In this document: piece after piece, positions 25,695-39,420 of the stretch
How the letters are laid out: each line of letters starts with the position of its first letter
Numbering within the stretch: position 1 is the stretch's first letter
NCBI GenBank assembly: GCA_951406725.2
Contig: OX597824.1
Location: 44,392,001-44,456,000, forward strand
Direction of reading: 5' to 3'
From: Octopus vulgaris
Taxonomy: Eukaryota
DNA: 64,000 nucleotides
The notes under the pieces: model-generated
What the model was told of the DNA's origin: nothing
What the model saw: the letters and a program-made list of their open reading frames with translations, nothing else
Databases searched by the model: none
Made by a program: the position numbers and the translations under genes

Positions 25695-26960
25695 ATACTG
25701 AAATGTTCATAGGCTGACTATGAAGTGATGCTAGAGCTCTGAAATCTTGCATGCATTAATTTCAACTTCCCTTAATAACTGCATTGTGTATTTCCAGATA
25801 AACTGACACCTGACTGTTTAAAGAAGACCTCAAAAGTAACTAGTAATGACTCCTCTTGAAAATGGACAAAAGTTGGCATCATGGTGTTATCAAGTACTCA
25901 CAGAAAAAGGATTTAGCTCCCAAGGACATTCATTCATACTGACATGGTTGCTATATTGGGTGATGAGGATCCAGCTTTATCAAAAATGTAAAGGAGAGAA
26001 GCTGAATTTATGAGGGGAATGGAGAGTCTTGAAGGTGACTCAAGCTCTGAACATCCTACAACTGCCACTACAAAAGAAAACATTGATTGCATTTACCACA
26101 TGTGATGGATGACAGGCTATTGACTATATGTATCAAACAGCCAATGCTATTAACATATCCTGTGAGTGAGTTGAGAATATTCTGCACAATGAACTTGGTA
26201 TGTCAAAGGTTTCTACTCGGTGGGTGCCATGTCTTCTGGCATCTGATCAAAAGTGCACCAGAATGATCACACCATGGGAAAATCTGACATTCTCTCAGGC
26301 AGATCCAACTGATTTCCTTGAATGTTTCCTAACCCAGGATGAGTGTTGGGTTCATCACTTTGAGCCAGAGAAAAGAGACAATTCATGCAATGGAAACACC
26401 CTTCCTTACCTGCTTCAAAGAAAGCTGAGGTCATTTCATCTGCAGGGAAGGTGATGACCTCAGGTTTTTGAGATGCTAAAGGCATTGTGTTTATTGATTA
26501 TTTTCAAAAGAGCCACAAATCAATGGAGAGTACCATGCCAACTTGCTGAGGTAGTTACAAAAAGAAATGCCCAGGAAAACTGACAAATGGGGTCTTGTTT
26601 CATCAGGACAATGCTCCAGCACACAAATCTTTCATTTTGATGCTGTGTGTGACTGTGGCTTTGAACTGGTTGTTCATCCTATGTAATCTGATTTGGCCCC
26701 ATCTGACTATCATCTGTTCCTCAACATGAAAAAACACTTGGATGGGAACCAGCTTACAGTGATGATGGTATCATATCTGTTGTTGATGAGTTTTTTGATC
26801 AACAGGATGAAAGCTTCTACACCAATGGGATCCAGGCATTGCAACACTGATGGAAGAAGCGTGTGGACTGCAAAGGAAACTGTGTTGAAAAATAAACTTC
26901 ATTTGGAAACTTCCATGGAAGCATCTTGGTTATTCCATGAACTTTTTAGCTGACCTTTAT
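25695..26960 (+). mobile_element. Near-complete, inactivated mariner transposon
   Basis: ATG at 25862 (MDKSWHHGVIKY), WVPCLL, TQDECWVHHFEPE, HQDNAPAH, DLAPSDYHLF. End atgaactttttagctgacctttata is complementary to the family 5' TIR. Many frameshifts. Confidence 0.92.
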
Positions 26961-27319
26961 ATGTACGTGTGTGTGTGTGTGTAAATATATAGGTTGCTGA
27001 TATTGGATAGGTAAAAAAATTATTATAAATTATATATAATTATGTTATATATAAAGTAATTTTATACAAATAAAAATATCAGCCCAATATCATCAGCAGC
27101 AGCAGCAGCTGCAAAATTCAGTCATACATAATGCATTCCAACTAACTTTTGCAATCACATATGATAGTAGAGTGGATATCAAGTAACTAATATGAAATGC
27201 CCTCTTTTTTTCTCACATCTTTCCCTTTTGTATGAATGTGCATATGTGTGTGTGTTGTGTGTGCAAGTTTTGTATTTTTATACATATTTGCATATATATT
27301 CATATATATATATGTACAT

Positions 27320-27350
<31 letters not shown>

Positions 27351-27429
27351 CCACCTATTCATATAAATGCACATTCATATTTGCATTCTTTGCACATACA
27401 CATTCATATTTGCATGAGCTATGTGAATG

Positions 27430-27472
<43 letters not shown>

Positions 27473-27760
27473 ATGCAAATCAATGAAAGTAAAATTAAAA
27501 AGCAGATAAGAATCAAAACCTATTTAAAAATCTGACACCTCCTTAAGATAAATAGATGTAGCATAAAACTCAAACATTAAATAACTGGAAAGGCAAAAAG
27601 TGAAAAATATAGCAAAAAATTCTGACAGAAAGGTAAAAATCAATATTATTATAAATGAAATAATCTTTATATTTTAATTTCAGCCATCATTATCGATCCC
27701 ATGCTGGAGCACTACGTTTATTTGTGTGTGGGTGTGTGTACATGTGCACACATATGTATG

Positions 27761-27791
<31 letters not shown>

Positions 27792-27796
27792 ATATA

Positions 27797-28190
27797 AAAC
27801 AATACTGGGAGGATAAGAAACGGAACGAAGCGACGAATCGAAACGAACCCGACGCGAAGCGCTGTCAGACAATAGTGTAATAAATAAAATATATGTATAC
27901 ATACAAACATATATGTACGTACCTACATCTACATGTATATATACATGCATATATAAATATATATACGTGAGTACAGGACACCACAACTAGACGTAGAACT
28001 CAACGAGAAACGAAAACGGGAAAGCCATTTTTTTACAACAGAAAAACAGTGACGTGGAACTGGACGAGAAACGAAAACGGGAAAAACATTTTTTTACAAC
28101 AGAAAAACAGAGTACAGGACATGCTACACAAGGAAAAATCCCCAATCATCAGCTGTCACTAGTAGACTCAAGCGTGTTTCGAAGGCAATA
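27797..28190 (-). mobile_element. Non-coding dispersed repeat carrying a permuted hammerhead-like motif (copy 1)
   Basis: Closely matches 34579-34940; has a 61-bp internal tandem duplication (27990-28110). Confidence 0.8.
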
Positions 28191-28254
28191 TACATATGTG
28201 TATATATACACACATATACATAGAAATATATACATATGTGTGTGTGTGTAAGAG

Positions 28255-29060
28255 TACACATATCTTCTACAGAAGATATATAATCTACAGAAAGACCTAG
28301 ATGCCATAAACAAATGGATTGAAGAAAACAACATGCAATCTAATGCAAGAAAATTCCAAGCTCTCTGCTATCAGCCAGCTTGTGCTAACAGACCACAATA
28401 ATAATACTTTGTACCAAAAGGAACAGCAATCTCAGAGTCAAATACAGTGCAGGACCTGGGGATTAATATGAGTAATGATGCATTGTTTCATGTACATCTC
28501 ATCAAGATGGTGGCAATGTGCAGGAGAATGACTGGATGGATTCCGAGAACTTTCAGAACAAGAGCCCAGGAAACTATGCTGATCCTATGGAAGGGATTTG
28601 TCCTCAGCTATCTGGACTACTGCTTTCAACAAAGGTCACTCTAACAGCTTCAATATAACAGTGAAACTCAAAGTAGTTCAGAGTGCATTAATGAAACATA
28701 GAAACCCTTAAACAGGAAGCTATTGCACTGTTTCAAAGGTCCCAGTCATCCCACCTAGAGCAAGAACCAGGTACTGCAATAGCTTGAAATTCAAAGGCCC
28801 ACACCTATTTAATATCTTGCCAAAAATGTGAGAAATCTACAAGGTGTTGGGTAGATGTTTTCAAGAAGCAACTTGATGTTCTGCTGCTCAAGATTCCAGA
28901 TAAGCCTGCATCTAGGCAAGAAACTCAAACAAGGACAATAATATCAAACTCCTTCATTCACCAAAGGTGAAACACATATAAACAGCCATTGAAGAGGTGA
29001 TGATACTAGTGGTGCCCCAGCATGACCACAGCCTTCATGCTGAAACACATAAAAGAATAA
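28255..29060 (+). mobile_element. CR1/L2-group LINE, 3' fragment
   Basis: LQKDLDAINKWIEENNMQ, VQDLGINMS, GWIPRTFRTR, SYLDYC; 3' tail ggtgccccagcatgaccacag...aaagaataa. Confidence 0.85.
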
Positions 29061-29113
29061 CAGAATATATGTGTGTGTATATTTTAGAAGGTTGATTGTT
29101 ATTGCAGGTCAGA

Positions 29114-29173
29114 GAGTAACCACTAGTTTCACACCTATAAAGCATTTAGCTGTATAGACAGCCCATCAAACTC
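29114..29173 (-). ncRNA. Degenerate type I hammerhead downstream of a Penelope ORF
   Basis: gagt-TTGATGG-...ctata/tatag...-GAAAC tagtg GTT-actc; stem I gagt/actc is intact and the core has two substitutions. Confidence 0.55.
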
Positions 29174-29269
29174 AAATGGATGGTGGCACATAACCTCTCT
29201 ACAACTAGAGGGAGGAAAACATGGTCAGTTAGTTTTGTAAACAAAAAAATATATTCAGAATGACCCTGC

Positions 29270-30060
29270 AGGTAGGGTTCCAGGTGGGATGAGGTTATAC
29301 CTCTTACATTGGTTCCAAAGGTAACAGTTGAAGTTTCACTTTTGCATATGTGTCCAAATGTTCATTGAGTGGGATTTGTCTAGTCCTGGGATTTTGTATT
29401 TGTTGTCAATGAATCATTAATCTCATTCTTAAGGTGTGTTTGGTTTGTCCAATATAACCTTCACAGCATCCAATGAATTTGATGGCATATATTAACTGTT
29501 TTGAAGAACAAGTAAAGTAAAAGGTTGTCACAAGTTCTGCAATTAGAGCAGCTGCACTTTTTAACTGTTGGAGTTGAGTTTGTAGTTGGCAGTTTTGCAT
29601 CAGTAAGTAGTTTTTTTGGTAGGGTATTTTAGTTGTCTTCTGCATTTAATTATTTTGTGTGATTCAAGTGCTTTTTCTTTTTATACCATGGCTCAATGTT
29701 CTGATGGATAATATTGAATGTTTCTGCATTTCTTTGGTTGTGAGTTATAGTTAAAGTTAGAGTGTATCTGAACTGTTTTTGACTTTTTGTAATTCTTCAA
29801 TGTCTACTGCTTTGGTGCATCCTTTTCCATTCTTTAATAGAGTAGCTTGGTCTATTCTTTCAAGTAGTGTTTGTTTTAATTCCAGGAATTTCCAGAGTGG
29901 AGACAACTGTTCAGGTTTTTTTAGCTAGGTTGAATGGCATATTTGTTTTGGTATGCTTTGGGTGGCATGAAGTAATTACTAGGTACTGTTTAGACTATGC
30001 TGGTTTCTAGTGGATTTCAGTTTTTATGTTTGTGTTATTCTTTATAATCAAAATGTCTGG
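29270..30060 (-). mobile_element. Penelope-like element, GIY-YIG endonuclease region
   Basis: ORF 29406-29645 contains FTCSSKQLIYAIKFIGCCEGYIGQTKHTLRMRLMIH; an upstream RT-thumb remnant reads SCHPKHTKTNMPFNLAKK. Confidence 0.85.
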
Positions 30061-30309
30061 AATTAAAACAGGCACTACATGAAAGAAAGTACCTATCCAC
30101 TCCAATAGAGAATGGCATATTTGTATACAGTGAATGTATCTTTGAGTATATCTAAATGTCATAACATATTTGTACATTAACTATATGCTGTACATCACTT
30201 AGTCTTCCTTATCTTTGCCTGCCTGCTTGCCTGCCTACCTGCCTGCCTACCTACCTACCTACCTACCTACCTAACTACCTACCTACCTACCTACCTACCT
30301 ATCTATCGA

Positions 30310-33300
30310 CTGATGTGTTGTTGCATCGGCTCTGCAGGTAATCACTTTTTCAACCTTTTATTGCACACATTTTGTTTTAATTTTTGCACACAAGGTGTGT
30401 GAAGCACCCAACTTTCATTTGAGTGTGTTTTCAAGGGAGGAATTGGCCCCTAGAGGCAGTTTCAACCCTATTTAAATTTCTATTTTTCTTCTTGACTTTG
30501 AAAAATGTCAAAAAAATTTCATAGTGGAATGCTGGTTAAATTCGTTCATGGACCAGCATTTCTCTAGTCTTGAAACACTAGGAGAAAAAAAGAATAACTT
30601 CTGCACACACACACTTGAATACAACTACAGACATGAAAAATACAAATATATCAAAGGCAAATCTGAGACGTGAAAGTGAACGCTATCAACGTCATTGATA
30701 CTGCAACCACGATCGTTAACAGCCCTGTCACCACCACCACCACCACTACCAACAACAACAAAATCATCACAAAGCAGTCCACCATGACCTCCACGGAAGA
30801 CAGTACTGCCAACACCAACACCACTTCTGCAACTTCAACTGCTACAACTAACACCTCTGCTACCGACACTACCACCACCACCACCACCACAACCAAAGAC
30901 AAGACAAATTTCGCTGAAGTGATAAAACAAAAGAAAACTATCGTAACATTCACTGCCCAACAAATCAATGATTTCTTAGCGAAGAAGGACAAAACTTACA
31001 CTTACACATACCTAAAATCATCATAGAACAAACCCCAAAAAAGAACAATCATTTACAAAATATTAAGTACAAAAACAAAGAAACTTGAAAATGCACCAAA
31101 ACAAAAAATTGAAAAATGCCTTCACCCTGTATGGACACACAAGGAATATGTTAATTGGTGGCATAAATTTGGCACAGTTCAAGTGCGATTCCACAATGAA
31201 AATCTAGCCAAACAGTTCTCAACACTGACTCCCCACATGGATGAGTTAGTGATGATACCAACTTATCTTGGCCAGAGAGTGACAAGAGTCACAATTAAAA
31301 ATGTGCCTCCAGAAGTAGAGATACAATGGCTATTATCTGCCCTCTGCTTTGAAATGGAGGAACCTAACATTTTAGAAATTGCTGTCTTAGAACAGCAAAA
31401 GTGGGTCAAAAAGACACTTGAAATCCTCCTGCAAATTGATCAGCTATCCATAAATAAAATACCAATATCCATTGAATTGACAGGACACAAGTTGTACATT
31501 GTGGTGGAGGGCAGGTGGCCACACTGTTATCTGTGCAACAGCGAGACACATTTAAAAAACGATTGTCCAACTGCCACAAAAAAAACAACTACCACCAAAA
31601 TCTGAGGAAAAAGCCTTACTACCCACACCACCATCAACACAGAAGATGACAAAAGAAACATACCAACCAAACCCATCAACACCAACAATCGAAAATAAAC
31701 TAGCACCTGAAAAAACACCACCACCAACAACAGCAAGAACTAAAAGAAGATACTAAAGCTGATTCCCCCTCCCCTATATCACACAAACAATCAACAACCA
31801 ACGCTAACGAAAACAACAACACAACCACTTACAAACATACATAGACACTTACAATATGCCCTTACCCCCTTCCGATTCCTCAGAAATTTCATCGAAAGGC
31901 GAAAGCAGTGAGGATAAGCCACATGGGCAGGGTCATGGTTACTGGAAACTGAATGCCTCTCTCCTGTCGAGACAGGTTTTCAGAGACCAGATTAGCACGC
32001 TAGTGAAGAGGGCTTTGATGGGAGCCATAATCAACAACAAATAGTGGTTTGCCCTCAAGAGACCAATAAAAGCAGAAGTGATTAGGTATAGCAAATCACT
32101 AGCGATAGACAAAAACAGAGTAGAGGGTGACCTAGTTAAGAAGCTAGAAAAGGTGATTAGAAGTGACATAGCATCCGATGCGTATTGGTGGCGAGGTTGG
32201 CCCTCAACCAGCACTTCAACGCCAAACATGAAGGGTGTGTTGTCAGGGCTAGGATACATGCTCTAAGGAACAAAGGTGTTGGAGCCATGCGAGAGGCCTG
32301 GGTGGCAGAGGTGCAACTGGGCAACAAAGCTATCATTTGGTCTCTGGTAGATGAACAGGGGTGCAAATTACTTGAGCCCAGTAAAATGTGTGAGGCCTAT
32401 TAGCAGCATTTTGCTGAACTGTTTGGGGCAAGTGGCGAGTAAGAACGCAGTGTGGACCTCAGTGCTTAGCTGCACAACCTGCCACAGCTCTTGGTGAGAG
32501 AGGTAGAGTGTTGCAAAGGTGCCATCACGGTGCCATGACTTTGGGTCCATCACTCTGCTTAATGCAGATTTTAAAGATTTTGGCCAAGGTGTTAGCCAAG
32601 ATGTTGGTGCTTGTCATAAAGAAACTGATCAACAAGGCACAAACGTGCACTGTGCCAGGTTGGAGCATCCATGACAACCTCCATCTCCAGGGTAGTTAAG
32701 GAACCTGGCATGGGTGGGACCTTGATCAATTTGGATCAATCCAAAGCTTTCGATAGGGTAGACCATCGATACTTGGAGGCTGTCCTCATAGCGGCTGGTT
32801 TCAGTCCCGTCTTCCGTGATTGGATAGCTGCTTTGTATAGAGGCATCTGTTCAGTAATTCGCATGAATGGGCATCTATCGAGAGCTTTCAACATTGCACG
32901 TTCGATCCATCAGAATCCACTACTGTGGAAGCTGACAATGCTGAGGGGCATCCCATGAGAATTGGGATGTGGGACAAGTGTGTCTGCATACACAGACGAT
33001 GTCACCATCATAGTGTCTAGCCACAACCACAACGAGCTGGTCGGCGAGACACTAAAAGACCACAAAGCAGTAACAGGAGCAAAATTCAACCGGGAAAAGT
33101 CAGTGGGCTTGTGGATCAACACCTGGAGAAGCCAGCCCATGCTGTCAAACAGTGCTTCTGTTATAGGATGCTGGACTGATGGTTGGTCAAGCTGCTAGGG
33201 GTCTGGTTTGGTCTGGAGCTCCAAATGGAGAAGAACTGGGATGAGATAATGATTAGGGTGGCCACTCTTGCCCAGCAATGGGCCGAGAGGAAGCTGTCCC

Positions 33301-33777
33301 TAAAAGGCTGGGCGGAAGTGGCGAATGCATACATCGCGTCTGTCATCTACTACTGCCTAACCAGAAAACTTTAGGACCATCACTCTGTTCAATGCAGATT
33401 TTAAAATTTTGGCCAAGGTGTTAGCCAAAAGGTTGGCGCTTGTCATCAAGAAACTGGTCGACAAGGCGCAAACCAAAAAAATAAAGAAAAAAAGAGTCAC
33501 TTACTGTAATGTGCTTTTTTTGCACGATATTATTGCCCGAGGTTACTGTGGTCTTTTCTATAGGCTTTTCTTTCCATGGATAAACTTAATCCTTTTTCCC
33601 TTTTACATTTATGACATCTCTGTGATACATGATCCCTATTGATCAGCAATTTTTTTCACAATCTCTTTTGATTGAAATTTTGTTTCCCACCACTTTGTTT
33701 CCCACCCAAAAAAAGCTCTACATTGTATTTTGTCCCCTATGTGGCTAATAAAGAAACATATCTATCTATCTATCTAT
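30310..33777 (+). mobile_element. Tx1/L1-clade LINE, multiply deleted: ORF1 with CCHC knuckle, RT remnants and 3' UTR
   Basis: CYLCNSETHLKNDC zinc knuckle; GYWKLNASLL; ITLLNADFK; LDQSKAFDRVDH; AYTDDVT; AATAAA followed by a (CTAT)n tail. Confidence 0.9.
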
Positions 33778-33934
33778 ATTGTTTCAGCAAGAGGTTATGG
33801 CCATGCTGGGACACTACCATTTATGTATATTTCTATTATTTGGCTCATATTCCGCACATTAGCTTATCCTAAGGTTGGTGGTCCACATCATACTACACTG
33901 CCCTTTAATATATATATATATAATACATACATGC

Positions 33935-33979
<45 letters not shown>

Positions 33980-34578
33980 CATACATACATACACACATAT
34001 ATGTGTGTGTGTGTATATATATAATTTAAGACAATCAGTAAGTTGTCATTATAGTACTCGGAGTTTCGAATGTTGGAGCAAAGAGCTACAATGCACTCTT
34101 GTTTGCTATTAATGGCAATAGATGCTATGAAAAAAAAATCACTGAATAAAAGGGAAGTTACTTTAATAGGTAGAAAAAAAGAATAAAAAACCATGCAACC
34201 ATAGTCTCACAATACACAGACATAAAAGCTCCTGCGTTCATAATGTCTACATATGTACACACTCACACAAGCATATATATGTGCATGCACATACACACAC
34301 AAACATATATGTGCATGTACATGCTCATACAGTCACACATAATCACACACACACGCACACATGTATATGTATATATATTTATATATAAATATATATACAT
34401 ATACATGTGTGCGTGTGTGTGAGTGATTTATATTTATACTATAAAATTGGATTTAATCCTAAATCTGATTTTTCCCTGTAAGTTTGGATTTATTCCCTAA
34501 TATTTTATTATATATATATATATATATATAAAAATTGAATGGAGACAAGAATGTGTGTACATGTATATATATATATAT

Positions 34579-35270
34579 AAAACAATACTGGGAGGATAAG
34601 AAATGGAATGAACCGACAAATCGAAACGAACCTGACGCAGGGCGCTGTCAGACAATAATGTGATAATTAAAAATATATGCATACATACAAACATATATGT
34701 ACGAACCTACATCTACATGTATATATACATGCATATATAAATAAATATACGTAAGTACAGGACGCCACAACAAGACGTAGAAATGGGAAAAACAAAAATT
34801 TAACGACAAGAACAGGACAGGCTACACAAGGAAAAATCCAAAAATTTTTTACAACAAGAAAACAAGTACAGGACAAGCTACACAAGGAAAAATCCACTGT
34901 CATCAGCTGTCGCTAGTTAACTCAGGCGTGTTTCGAAGGCAAGACAGGACACTCGTTAACTAGGCCTTCCTGCGAGAGAATTAAAACAAAATTCCAAGCA
35001 GCGGGGTAAAACGGGTAAGGACACAAACAGGACGTAACAATAAAACTACACAATAAAATACAAGATAAAAATACATGTACAAAAAATACAAGACAAGAAA
35101 TAAAAAGGGAATACAATACGGGAAATCAAACAACCAAGAGGACAAATGAGAAAAACCAAACAGACGAAAAAGGCCTTTTTTTGGCTAGACGAAAGATGTT
35201 GTGTGGCAGCGTAGGGAAGCAAGACTTTTCAGTAGCAGAGGCAGCGTGCGAAAGAGAGAAAGTTATGCAC
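34579..35270 (-). mobile_element. Non-coding dispersed repeat (copy 2, longer)
   Basis: Matches 27797-28190 and extends ~330 bp further. Confidence 0.8.
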
Positions 35271-35398
35271 AATTAAGATTCAGTTGAATTAGGTACTTAA
35301 ACTGAGGCACCATGTTAGGTCTGTGTAACATGCATACTCAACAATATTAAGTAAATATCAGACTTGGTGCATAAGTGCCGGCCACATGATATTCTTAC

Positions 35399-35423
35399 AG
35401 TGTATGCAGATAATAAGACCCAG
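35399..35423 (-). CDS. Candidate 25-nt micro-exon
   Basis: atttctttgctcag|ctgggtcttattatctgcatacact|gtaaga; open in all three phases. Confidence 0.25.
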
Positions 35424-37649
35424 CTGAGCAAAGAAATCTGCTCTTAGCTATTCAGACATGTAATTTATATTAAAAATACTGTCTATAATATTTACAAAGT
35501 GTAGATTTCAGGATAGGTGAATAAAATAAAATAAATATATATATATCATCAGTAAACAAGTCCTTTTATTACATAATTTATTACATAAATTTATAATTGT
35601 TTTGTTTGAATTCAGTCTTATGAATATTGCTGTATTATGCAATAATATATTCAACTATTTATTCGTGGATACAGAAAAGTTGTGGAGGAAAAGGTGGTAG
35701 ACCGACAGGGAATGAGGACTTTAGAAATGATAGTTGCAGGACTTCGTATATGATAAGTGCATAGAAGTAGTTAGCAGTAAGAGCAACCATGAAATGAAGT
35801 TGATAAACTGCTCAGATAGATCATAAACATACTTGACAGTTTGTCACATCAATAATATGATTAGTACAGGAATTGATTATAAAGTAAGGAAGAGAAAAAC
35901 AGAATTTAGGAAGCTGTTGACAGTAAGGCATAAACATACCTGAGTGCATAAGAGGTATGGTAGTGAAACATAAGCATTGAATATAGCTGTTTTACCAAGG
36001 ATAACAGAAGCTGAAGAGAAGTATAATGATCATTTGTATGAAATGTAGAGCATAAATGAACTGAGGGAACGAAAAAAGTAATGTATTGAAGACAAAAAGG
36101 TAAGGTGTGCAGGAGAGAAGAAGGCCCTTGTACAAGCATATAAAATATATGGGAAATAAAGAAAATGCCAATGAAAAATAAATTGAGGAAATGTAGGAAA
36201 TGATCAGGTCAGATCTCAGAATGTTGGGTTTTACAGACTGGATGACAAAAGTTCAACAGAATTGATTATATACTATACAGCAGACTTGTCCAACCTCTAG
36301 CAAAATGTAAAAATGTAAAATGGACATTAAAATATTATTGAGGATCATAACATGCTTGTACATACATATGTGCATCATTATAATCTTAGTGATCCTACAT
36401 TATTTTGTCTTATGAGGTAAAACTCTCTCAGATCAAAAGATATCAGTTCTTTCAATGCTTTAAACAAAGAGTCTATCCCTTGGGAAGAATGAATTTCCAG
36501 TATAATAGTTGGTAAACATAGAGGAAAGAAATGATGGTACAAAGAAAAGACAAAATTAGAAAAAAAAAATTAGGAAATATCAGTAGTAAATATTTATATC
36601 CAATAAGAGATACAGATAAAGAACTCTCATAGCAGTGAGGACTGCTGGACTACTGGAAGCAAAGATTAAGTTAAGAATGATGGAGTAATGTAATAGCTAA
36701 GACTACAAGAGATAAACTACATGCTTTGATGTGATTTAAAAAAAAAAAGAACTAAAACAAGAAAAGAAGAAAACTATATAGAAAGGTTAGGCAGAGAGCT
36801 AGATATCAGATATATCTAGCAAAGGGAGCTGAAGAAAGAAGGTTAGTTAATTTCCTATACCAATTATAAGAAGATAGAGTACATCACAACCCCCCCACAC
36901 ACACACACACAAAACAGGTTAATTTGAAAAGGAATGATATAAAAGTTGTTCTTGATGAAGACTGGACAAATAAATAAATAAAACAAGAAAACCAATAGAT
37001 AGTGATGACCATAGAAATTATGCTGAACAATGAGTATTATTTAAGATCAGGAAAAGTTATCATTTTGTTTCAACTTATGATTAAAATCTTTACTGCTCCA
37101 CAAACCTATTATTTATCCTCAATAGATGATTTATGATTTCAATTTTGTTTCTATACACAGTTTTCACAGATAATCTATTTTCTTTGTTGAAATATTTTGT
37201 CAAAATATTTGCTAATTCATAATTTTTGGCATTTATTCTTCTATCTTTGTTCAAACATATAGTTGAAGTGTTTGCTGTTTACAACTTACTTTGAAAATTG
37301 AAGAAAACTAATCAGTATAAAGTAGTATTTTTAACAAGTAAGCTGGAGGCTAGAGGTTCTAGTAAATATTACTTTTACATTGGCTATGTTTAGCAGAGAT
37401 GCATTCCTGGCACTAAAAATCATAAAAAGCACTTTTATGACCCCCTGCCTTCCTGATACCATTCCACATCCCACTCTCTATTCAGCTGCACATCTGGTTA
37501 TCAATGATGGTAGCTTAGCAAATAGAAATGTGAACTAGATTTGACTACAATTACTGCATAATGACAAGACTAAGTTAATTCAACATAGCAACAAATAGCA
37601 GTTATGTGTGAGCAGTGAAATATGTGTATGTGTGTGTTGTGTGTGTGTG

Positions 37650-37714
<65 letters not shown>

Positions 37715-38999
37715 GTGTGTGTGTGTGTGTGTGCGTGCGTGCATATGCACACATGTGTGTATAAGAAAATAGAAGACAGGTTTGTGATAAAATTTAAAAT
37801 ATGATTTAGTTAAAAAATTCAGCAAGAAAATTTTAAAAATCATGAAATGTTAAATTAGAAAGAAGACAAAAAAATGAAATGGTAAATTTTTATTTACTCT
37901 AAACCCCCAAACCTCAAGGTTACTAAGGCAGTGAATTCTAAAACTCTCTTAAATCCCATGTCAATATAGTAATAATAATGACTGGCAGTACCTGTGGAAA
38001 TTCTAAGTTATTTTGAAAATTATAAGCTGGCTAGAAGTTTATAGAAATACATAATTTCTTTGGAGATTCTATATTTTTCTTAAGTATCTGATTCTTGAGA
38101 AGGAGTAAGGTCAATTAAGATAGTGCTGAAGGTGCAATTTTAGGTGAGAACATCTTTGAAAACTATATTTATCATAGGATAATTGTTTCTAACTTAGGCA
38201 CAGGCCAGTAATTTGGTAGGGAGGAAGTTAGTCAATGTGATTAATCCCAGTACTTGACTGTACTTTATTTTATCAACACCAAATGGATGGAGGGGAAAAT
38301 TAACTTCAGTGAGATTTGGACTCAGAACTGGAACAAATACTCTGAAGCATTTTTTCCATTGAACTAACAATTCTGACAACTATATATTTCCACATCCCTA
38401 TAATTTGCATTCCTTTTTTGAAAGATGCCAACACTCACAAACAACTTGACAGATTAAGAGACTTGGCAACAGCTTATGAGTGCAAGTGCAGTCAAAAATC
38501 TCTGCATACTGGAGCATCAGGAGATAATGTGCCTTGTTTGGGGGGTCTTTCTCTCGATGGCTTTACAGTGCACTGTACCCCATCTCACTGATGTGAGGTC
38601 TCACCCACTGTTTCAACTGACTAGTATTCACAACAAGTTCATTTTGGGATCATCATCTCTCCACTCTGTAGCCAAATTTTGTTATGATACATACAACAAT
38701 ATCAAGAGATCTTATCAACTAAACTTTTCAAGACAGTGGCCCAACATGGCCACAGTCCAACTGCAGAAGCCAATAAAAGAATAAAAGAGCAAAGGAACAC
38801 AAAAAGTTAAAACACTTTTCTCTATGCACAAGGAAACAATAAAGAACAAAGCAGAAACAAGAACAAAACAGAAATAGTTAACAAAAAACAGATGACAAAA
38901 TTAAAACACAATCCCAAAATACATTAAATAAAAAAAAAAATGGTGAGAAAAGCTACTCTTTGGTCACTGTTCTGCATGACACTTCAGGTAATAAGCAAG

Positions 39000-39420
39000 A
39001 GTAAAAGCCTATAATAGCTCAAAGTTCTGGGCTAACAACTGAAATGGAAGATCTGATTCTGTGTGTGGTGAATGCCTAATCACAAATAACACTTTGACAT
39101 GAAAACAGAAAAGAAGTAGTTTAAATACTAAATACATTACATGTTGATGAACTAGCCTCAGTCTGAGATAAGCCTGTCTAGACTGACAAGGAGGTCAAAA
39201 GAAACTTTCCATACATAATTATCAAGGACAGGAATAAAAATTTCTATAATCTGAGAGACATAGCAATCCCTTCTGATTAAAATATTGCCCGGAAGTAGGC
39301 TGAGAACCTTGTAAAGTTCAAGGATCTTGAAGCAAAGATAAACAGGATGTGAGTTATGGAACAGTACCAAAAATAGTCCTGCTAGGTACAACCCACATCG
39401 TCCTATGCCAGACACAGCCA
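39000..39420 (+). mobile_element. R4/Dong-type non-LTR element, restriction-like endonuclease remnant
   Basis: Degenerate translation DKPV*TDKEVKRNFPYIIIKD...DIAIPSD*NIARK*AENLVKFKDLEAKINRM matches the PD..D/K..KY RLE domain pattern. Confidence 0.7.

Noticed and set aside
30670-31026. Thr-rich mucin-like ORF
   Set aside because: It is the low-complexity N-terminus of Tx1 ORF1, leading to the CCHC knuckle.
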